A stretch of 62,864 bases of DNA, filler included, from Octopus bimaculoides (taxonomy: Eukaryota), in the NCBI RefSeq assembly GCF_001194135.2. It is 6 parts of 6 records of this genome, joined end to end, with 100 filler letters (N's around TTAATTAATTAA, not from the genome) between each part and the next. Parts side by side here need not be neighbours in the genome. Positions count along the whole stretch, not along the records: positions 52,341 to 56,323 come from NC_068986.1; positions 56,424 to 62,864 come from NC_068990.1; 4 more parts are not named here. The stretch is one strand, 5' to 3'. Positions 54,346 through 62,864 of this stretch are shown here, piece after piece. Position 1 is the stretch's first letter. Each line of letters begins with the position of its first letter. The position numbers and the translations under genes were made by a program. The notes under the pieces were generated by a model. It made no database searches and was not told the origin of the DNA. It saw nothing but the letters and a program-made list of their open reading frames with translations.

Positions 54346-56272
54346 CTACCATGTACCAGTAGGATGTCGTTTTCATAACCTATTCTAAATCTGAAGCACG
54401 AAGAATGCAGCCTCACTGTTATCATTCTGAATAAACATTTTAGCAACTCACAAGCCTAACAACTTTTCTTCTATAGAGACCTGCTCAACTATTCTTGCTA
54501 AACTTGCAAAAGAACTAGTCATCACTCAGTAGAATTCTGTCTACTCTTCTTAGCCAAAAGGAGGCAGCAGGGAAATCCTGACAACGGATTCCGCTAATGA
54601 CTATATCCATCTTACATAGGACAACTACTCCATCTCTGTAAAATTTACCTTGAACCAGCAATGCGTCTCACTAGTATTACCAGGCCGGAGAATTTGGAAC
54701 TTGTCCATAATCCCTAAACCGAAAGTTCCCCTGAACAGACCAGCCAGTTGATTCTCGTTCACACCCAGAGTTCCAGGAGGAATTTATCTCCCTTTCCCAT
54801 CACTACGTAATACTAACGTTGATTTTCCAACGGCCGCATTGTCTGACAAATAAAAAGTTGTCAGCTCCTGAGAACATTCTAGATGTTAAACACTGTGCTT
54901 TCCTTGATCCAGGACTGCAGTTCTGTCGAAGAAACGAGTTGTAGGAAAGCGTACTTGACAAAGGTTGGTCACATCTTATCATTTAAAATACATCAGTACA
55001 TCATCGAAGACGGCCAGCGAAGCCCTAGCTTGAGGAGTGTTCATGGTAGATGGCTTGTCTTACCAGTGGAACACACCCCTTTCGAAAGAATCCAACGAAC
55101 TGAAACTTCAATCTAGTTGCAAAGTGGGGAAAACCACGACGCTTCTGCCCAACCACGACAGCCGTTAATGAGCGAGGTGATGTAGGTATTCACCACCTCT
55201 GCAAGACCCTTTTAAGGTGCGACGTTGGTCTAGGAGTCNNNNNNNNNNNNNNNNNNNNNNNNNNNNNNNNNNNNNNNNNNNNNNNNNNNNNNNNNNNNNN
55301 NNNNNNNNNNNNNNNNNNNNNNNNNNNNNNNNNNNNNNNNNNNNNNNNNNNNNNNNNNNNNNNNNNNNNNNNNNNNNNNNNNNNNNNNNNNNNNNNNNNN
55401 NNNNNNNNNNNNNNNNNNNNNNNNNNNNNNNNNNNNNNNNNNNNNNNNNNNNNNNNNNNNNNNNNNNNNNNNNNNNNNNNNNNNNNNNNNNNNNNNNNNN
55501 NNNNNNNNNNNNNNNNNNNNNNNNNNNNNNNNNNNNNNNNNNNNNNNNNNGCTTCGTATTTCCTGCTGGAACGCATTTCATTATAAGTTTACTCGATCAG
55601 GGTTGATCTGAGATTAAACGTCGTCGTCATCCTCATCATCATCATCATCACCACCGTCGTCGTCGTTGTCGTTGTCGTCATCATCATCATTATCATCAAC
55701 AACAGCAACAACCACAACAATAACGATAATGACCGAGCCGACAAAGACAATAACAAAAAACAAAAAGAAAACTCTTGTGAAATCAGCAGAAGGTATCGTT
55801 TTTTCCACTCCATACTGATATTCCACTTCAAATGGATGTCTAGGCAGGCGTGGACCCAAGAGTTAAAAGCTCTGTGTTCAAACCATTCTGCGAACACCGC
55901 ACCATTTCATTTGCAATAACAGTTTCACATCGGCACAAGTTTCTACATTTCGAAAGGAGTAGATATAGTAGGTTAACCTATCCAAGCGTGTGACGAGTTC
56001 ATATTTTATAGACTCTGGAAGACTGAAAAAGAAAGTGTTATCGCAGTGTGATTTAAACCCCGAACTGGTGTCACTCTGTCGGCTATGTTATCTCCTCTTA
56101 TAGTAATGACATAAACTTTATTTCATATCTGCGTAGCGTCGGCCATGAGAAGGTGAGCAATCAGGAGATTGCAGCATTTTGAATGCGTGTTAGTATTGAT
56201 ATATACAATCGGCATGTATGTAAGTATGTAAGTATGTATGTATGTATATATGTATGTATGCATTTGAGTGTG

Positions 56273-56323
<51 letters not shown>

Positions 56324-57656
56324 NNNNNNNNNNNNNNNNNNNNNNNNNNNNNNNNNNNNNNNNNNNNTTAATTAATTAANNNNNNNNNNNNNNNNNNNNN
56401 NNNNNNNNNNNNNNNNNNNNNNNTATATATATATATATATATGAATTTAGAGGGATATATTATCCAGGTAGATACAGTGGTAGCTCTCAGTTGTGTTCCA
56501 GGTTACGGCTAACCACATCGATTAGTATTTAACGTATACAACTTCTAGATGTCACTCACGTTATAAATTTCTTCGATGGGTAATTCTGTGTTCGCTTCAC
56601 TAGATGTTTAGATTATCTGTAGTGTATATTTGGAATAATTATAACGATAGAGAATATGGAGACTGGTACATCATCGAAATATACGGTATGTAAAAGCCAA
56701 TCTGGTTGAAAGATCCTGAACAAAGCTTCACAGAAAATTATGCCTGGTTGCATATGCGACTACTCCTATTCTGTGCAGCGGAAACACGTGTAGGTCGTCG
56801 TAACCATAAAGATATGCTGTAAAATAAAAGAAAATAAATACTGAGGATGTGGCAGTCTCTAAATTCTCTATCGTTATAATTATTGCATATAAGTATGGTG
56901 ATGCAAACAGGAAATATAGAAGTCATAATATGAGTATATGTATATTTTTATTAATATTTAATAGAAGCAACAGAATGATTCAAGGTCTGAGAGTTTCGTG
57001 CGTTGGCACTTATCAAATTAGTTTACAGGTCGAAGAGTTGTAGGTTTATATAACTCGTGAGAATTATATTTTCCTCTGGATTGTTCTAGATTGGACTTCA
57101 AGTCATAACAATGTCACATGGATAATTCATATTTTTCAAATAGTTTGCCCGTTATGTCGTTCCAAGAAGTTGAATTAACGAATTAATAAATAGCAAAGAA
57201 ATAAAGAGAGAAAGAAAGAAAGCTTGTGCGTATCTTCTCTCTCTCTTTCTCTATTTCCCACACACACATATACACACACACAAACCCGCCACAAAATTCG
57301 CACAGACACACATAGACACACACAGATACAGACACACATGTGAGACTATATAGATTAAAAATATGATATATAGGCATACACGTATATACACGCGCATATA
57401 TATATAATTACATAACATGTATATATACATGTGTGTATAGGTTTGTGTGCGTGTGTGTATATGTGTATCATCCGTGTGTGTGTAGTGTGCGCGCATTTGT
57501 GTGTGTATGTGCGTATCTGTGTGTGTGCGCGTGTGTGCGTGCGTGTTTGTGCATGTGTGTGTGTGTGTGTGTGTGATGTGACAACTTTCGAACTGTTATA
57601 ATACTAGAGTACCCGATAATCCTAGAGTTCGCGGAGCAATTGTTACAAATGTACAT

Positions 57657-58025
57657 CAGTGTTTTTCAACCGGGGTTTCCCGGAACCCTAGGGTTCCGCA
57701 AAAGTTTTCTAGGGGTTCCGCGAGAAAGAGTGAGATAAGCTAATGCTAATTTCATAATCGTAATATTACATGCACAACATATACATGCACAACATATACA
57801 TGCACAACATATTGGTTATTGTAATATTGTAATATAGACATCATCCTATCTAACCTATTATGTTATCAAAAAAATATAACATATATATATGATATTTATC
57901 ACGTGAATTACGATGAAAAAATATGAGAAAGATATGATGTATAATTTTTTTTTGTGTAGGGGTTCCTTGAGACATGTAATTTATTTTAATGGTTACGCAA
58001 GAGTAAAAAAGGTCGAGACACACTG
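57657..58025. mobile_element. hAT-type MITE
   Basis: TIRs CAGTGTTTTTCAACC / GGTCGAGACACACTG; perfect 8-bp TSD ATGTACAT (57649-57656, 58026-58033). Confidence 0.85.
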
Positions 58026-58602
58026 ATGTACATGATGAAAGTTGTTGATGAGAGTATGAGGCTGTAAACAAAAATGCCAAATTAACAGGGAAATAAGAAA
58101 ATTACATCTATCACTCCCAAAATATTATACAACTTCTATTACTCATAAAACGTATAACATGTAGTCAATAAATTCAGTCTTTATTACACATTGTTATAGA
58201 TGTATATGTATTCAAATCTTCCAAAATATATGCATATTTACACATGGGGACATATTTACACATGGGTATATATTTACACATGGATGTTACAAACAAATTA
58301 CATACATTTTCGAAAGGTCATCGAGGAACATTGGTGACAACATATAAAGTAATGACAAGGTAACGGACTGATAGCTAATGAGTTCTGATCTCTCCGATTG
58401 GAAGGTTAAAATTTTACATTCAGGTTAAAACTTTCTTCACACAGTGAAATGTGACTATACTGCAATGTAAAGAAAATTATGTTTCCGCTTTTAACTGCAG
58501 CTGAAATTACTGGTGACTCTGATATTTCTAACATAATCTAATCGTGCTGTATCAATAAATGTTAAGAGTTTTCTATAGAATAAAACGCTCTCCCATCATA
58601 TC

Positions 58603-59023
58603 TAGGGTCGGATTAAGACTCAAAGAAGCCCTAGCACTTTTAAGATTTTGGTGCTTCCCATATATGTGTAATTCAAGATATAAACAATGATAAACAATAA
58701 AATAGGATTTTATTTTTCAAAATGAAACAAGCCTAACAATAAGACGGAAAATAATATTTATTTTTCCGTACTTCCAATCTATTTATATTTGAAAAGTTTT
58801 CTCTTACATTATTGACTGCAAAGTCTTTGATCAGATCCTCACTATGACACCATGAACACTTCGAAATTATATTTCCGATCATATAAACCACTTCGAATTT
58901 TATTTTAGCAAGTTTAAAGTAAATTCTTTTTATGTCGTAAGCCATTTACCATTTCTGTGGTACTCCACTTCTCTTGATGCCCTAAGCACGTGCTTATTTT
59001 GCTTAATGAGCAACCCAGCGCTG
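58603..59023 (-). mobile_element. Internally deleted hAT derivative
   Basis: Perfect 8-bp TSD ATCATATC (58595-58602, 59024-59031); degenerate TIRs; ORF 58733-58945 has FKLAKIK and EDLIKDFA, like a hAT transposase C-terminus. Confidence 0.7.
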
Positions 59024-60114
59024 ATCATATCACAGAACGTGAAGCTAATTTCGGTAAAAAACAAAAAACAAAAACAAAAACAAAACAAATGCTAAAACAA
59101 AACAAAAACAAAATAAAACAAAAAATAGTACTAGACAAACAAATACAACCTCAGTGATATCAATAAAACAGAAGTTTAATGAATATTAAAACAGCTGAAA
59201 TACAAGAAACTTGCCGTATGTGGGTGGTATAGATTACAGAACATGTGACTACTTTTTTATGCCAAATACATGAAGCATCACAGAAAGAGGACAATATCGA
59301 TTATTAAAACATTGCTCTCATAATCAATATTCAAAGTTTTATTGCGAAGGTGAACGACCAAACAGGAATGGGCAATAATATCATTTTACTCTCTGATGAT
59401 AAATTCGAATATTTTTAAGTGCCTCATGCAAGTCGTCGACTCGTATCACTGTAGATAATTGTTGTCGTGCAGCGTAAAGAGACTAAAAATTACATGAGAT
59501 ATTTAATTAGTCGGCTGCGTGGATAGAACTACTGTCTACTCTCCCAGAATCTTGTCAGGATTAGAACCATCGATCCTGATCAACTCAGTTACAATGTCGA
59601 AACTCACATTCACACATGCATACCATATATGTATTATTATACAGGCACACACATACACATGCGCACATATACACACATACACATATACACACATACACAT
59701 ATACACACATACACATATACACACATACACATATAATACAACTCCTATATTCCAATGACCTCAGTTGGTCTTACTGCCTTTATAAAACCACGCGTTAATA
59801 CACATACATACATACATACATACATACATACATACATACATACATAATTATTGGGGNNNNNNNNNNNNNNNNNNNNNNNNNNNNNNNNNNNNNNNNNNNN
59901 NNNNNNNNNNNNNNNNNNNNNNNNNNNNNNNNNNNNNNNNNNNNNNNNNNNNNNNNNNNNNNNNNNNNNNNNNNNNNNNNNNNNNNNNNNNNNNNNNNNN
60001 NNNNNNNNNNNNNNNNNNNNNNNNNNNNNNNNNNNNNNNNNNNNNNNNNNNNNNNNNNNNNNNNNNNNNNNNNNNNNNNNNNNNNNNNNNNNNNNNNNNN
60101 NNNNNNNGAATGAC

Positions 60115-60166
<52 letters not shown>

Positions 60167-61570
60167 CCAAGAATGAACCTACGGAGTTGGCAGAAAACTT
60201 TAGACCCATTGCTTATCCATACATTACGTGCAACCTGTACAGTAACTACCTCAACCAATTCCTCCGGGGTCATTGTGAATCCAGCAGCATAGTGAATGAT
60301 GAGCTAGCCACTGGAAAGAAAGGAGTGTGAGTGTGTGCCGAACAACTTTAAAAAAAAAACTGTACTGTTTGAAGGGAAAAAACACTGTAGGAGGCTTGCA
60401 ACAGTATGGCTTGATTATAAGAACGTGTTTAACTCTATTCTCCACTCAAGGCTGCTGAAGTGTCTACATTTGGTTAAAGTGCCTGCTACCTTTACAGCTG
60501 CTATTGAGAAGCTCACAAAGACCTAAGCAACAACTTTTACTCTTAGAACCGAGAGCGGAGCGATCGTCTGCAATGTTATAAATATTTCAAAGGGACTAGT
60601 CCAAGGAAATAATAGTCTCTCTCTACAATTCTGTTCCTTTTGGCATTCAATCCATGATCATTCTTGCTACAAAAATCAAATGGTTACATGTTAGGGATAA
60701 CCCATAATTTCTTTGTGGTTGACCTCAAGATTTATATTAACAATGCCAAAAAGCAACGGCAATTTCAGCTGACATAAGAATGGAATTTGGCCAGAAGTAA
60801 TGTTCATATTTGGTTGTTGAACGTGGAAAATCAATCCCTCACACCTAAAACATGTGCGTCAATAATGTGACCATCTCTCCTGTCCCACACAAAGAATTCT
60901 GCAAGTACCTAGGCATTGATGAAATTATACGAAGGTACTTTGAATACAGATAGAGTGACCCAAAAATATTATACCAAACTTAAAAGAACCAGTGCTGATC
61001 CAAATATTTGGGAATTCTTGACTGGTCTGCAGAAGAAATCCACTCCATAGACGTTAAAGCCCGCAAGATTCTGGCATCAACTGGAAATCTCTACAGAAAA
61101 AGTGATATCAACCGGATCTACATAAGAAGAGGAAAAGGAGGTAGAGGCTTGAAACCAGTGCATAGAGCTTTCAAATGTCGTATAGTATCTCTCAGGCAGC
61201 ACTTGCTGAACAACAACAGCAATAATAAATTAACAACAACAGTATATTAACTTAGTGCTGAAAAGTGAAGAGAGCAATATCTTCAGTGTCGGAAGTGAGA
61301 TCCTCAGGAAGCACACTTTTCTCGATGATCTCCCATATAACCCCAGCCGGACTAACATACTTCACCGAAGACCACGATGTGAAAAGCTCAGCATACTAAA
61401 AACTAGACCATGCATAGGTATGTTTTCAGAAGGCTTGAAAATGACAGTAATACCGTCAGTAATATCGACATGATGCGGAGCCTCTTTTGGACTCGTAACC
61501 ACTTGATCACATCGTATTTCGAAGTCTATGCATTTGCAATAGAAGAACAGGAAATTGTTAAATCTGCCTG
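60167..61570 (+). mobile_element. R4/Dong-like reverse transcriptase region, decayed
   Basis: Ordered motifs NFRPIA, TGKKG, WLDYKNVFNSI, KGLVQG, FFVVDLKIY (catalytic D lost), KYLGIDE, RIYIRRGKGGRGL, FEVYAFAIEEQEI across several frameshifts and stops. Confidence 0.9.
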
Positions 61571-61621
61571 GTAACGACGGTAGTTTTTGTTGGACGTCCT
61601 GTAGAATAAAAAAACCTGTCA

Positions 61622-62222
61622 AAGGAGGCCTGGCTGTGTGGTAAGAACTTTGCTTTCCGACCACATGGTACCGAGTTCAGTCTCACTGCGTAGCACATTG
61701 GGCAAGTGTCTTGTACTATAGCTTTGGACCGCCGACCAAAGCCTTGTGAGTGGATTTGGCAGACGGAAACTGAATGAAGCCGTCGTATATATATATTCTT
61801 TATTTTCTCTCCCTGTTTCTTTCTGTGTTCCTTTCTGTGGAAGAGCGTAGGCTCGAAACGTTAAAGACTTTTTTCACTTCCGAGCGTTAAACTAATACAT
61901 CTGTTTGTTGTCTACACCACCTGTCTTCGTCTTCTGTTTTTTTTTGTGAATTCTCCCTATATATGTATGTATGTATGCATGTATGTGTGTGTGTGTGTGT
62001 GTGTGTATGTGTGTCGTTGTGCTTGTGTTTGTCTCCCACCACAACTTGACAACCGGTGTCGGTCTATTTACGTTCCAGTAATTTAACGGTTCAACAAAAG
62101 AGGCCGATAGAATAAATACCAGGCAATAAAAATAGTACTGGGGTCGATTCATTTCTGCAAGGCGGTGCTCCAGCATGGCTGCAGTCTAATGACTGAAAAA
62201 AGTAAAAGATAAAAGATAAAAA
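61622..62222 (+). mobile_element. SINE family B carrying an insertion in its internal microsatellite
   Basis: Head ~61622-61795 and tail ~62010-62222 collinear with 9572-9962. Confidence 0.85.
61796..61958 (+). mobile_element. Mini element with a minimal hammerhead-like motif (61831-61868), probably Penelope-derived
   Basis: CTTT-CTGTGGA-A-GAGC(GTAG)GCTC-GAAAC-GTT-AAAG; flanked by TATA on both sides. Confidence 0.65.
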
Positions 62223-62864
62223 GGACGGAAGAACTCATTAGTCAACGGGGAGTCTTCGTTTATACATCTCTTTAGTAGAAGGAAAACTCTGACGTAACGC
62301 CCGCGAGTTAGTTTGCATCCAATGACGTAGGGTAGTTCTTTTTTGGGGGGTAAATGCTTACGTTGTTTAGAGGATAAGATTGACTCAGTGTAAGGTCTTT
62401 CCTCACATCAAAAAGCTTCAGACGCAGGAATTGGTTGATTTCTACATCTCAATTAACATCCCTGTTATGTGATGCTTAATATGGCTGGCTGCATCATGTG
62501 GCCAGGAAAGGCAAAACACTCACGATGAAATTAAGGCATGTGCTACTTTGTGAGGGAAGCCCTTTGAATTCCTGCTGTAAAAGGAGCCCACCGTTGTCAC
62601 CACATGTGTAAAAGAGTGTGGACCCCTACCCAGACTGAACATCCACATCGGTGCTGCTAATGTTTAAGAAAACAATAAAGCAATGGTATTGCTCGAAATC
62701 GAGATGTAACTATTACGGAAAATTGTGCTTGTCAAACACAAAAATATTAAATATTTACTGTTACAAAATTCTACAGTGAATATCATGCCGTAAGTTAGTA
62801 TTAAAAAAAAAACCCCAGAAAATTATTTACTTTTTACGTATTTAATAATTTTAAAGCATACTTT

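Noticed and set aside
53580-55238. GC-richer fragments (53580-53750, 54560-55238), possibly L1/Tx1-type remnants
   Set aside because: Only vague motif similarity across many stops; cannot assign without a search
55780-55900. Protein-like frames such as PRHPFEVEYQYGVEK
   Set aside because: No consistent splice sites or family match

Overview
AT-rich, microsatellite-saturated eukaryotic scaffold segment with about 21 N-gaps. It has no intact protein-coding gene, rRNA, true tRNA or CRISPR array. The repeats (three abundant tRNA-derived SINE families, Penelope-like, R4/Dong-like and CRE-like retroelements, hAT and Tc1/mariner MITEs) resemble those I recall from octopus genomes; that attribution is unverified. 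Nearly all listed ORFs are microsatellite or N-gap artefacts. The only protein signals I recognise are decayed transposon domains. Most notable: (1) four same-strand restriction-like endonuclease (REL) LINE 3' ends stacked at 20.9-23.1 kb, the three Dong-like ones ending on (TAA)n tracts, two of them shared tail-to-tail with a SINE; (2) minimal hammerhead-like motifs in Penelope-type elements beside (TA)n tracts; (3) a dimeric SINE found at two loci; (4) three repeats with inversions bounded by duplicated inverted repeats, one a foldback element with a tRNA-like core. A few candidate host exons are noted but not identified. SINE boundaries are approximate.
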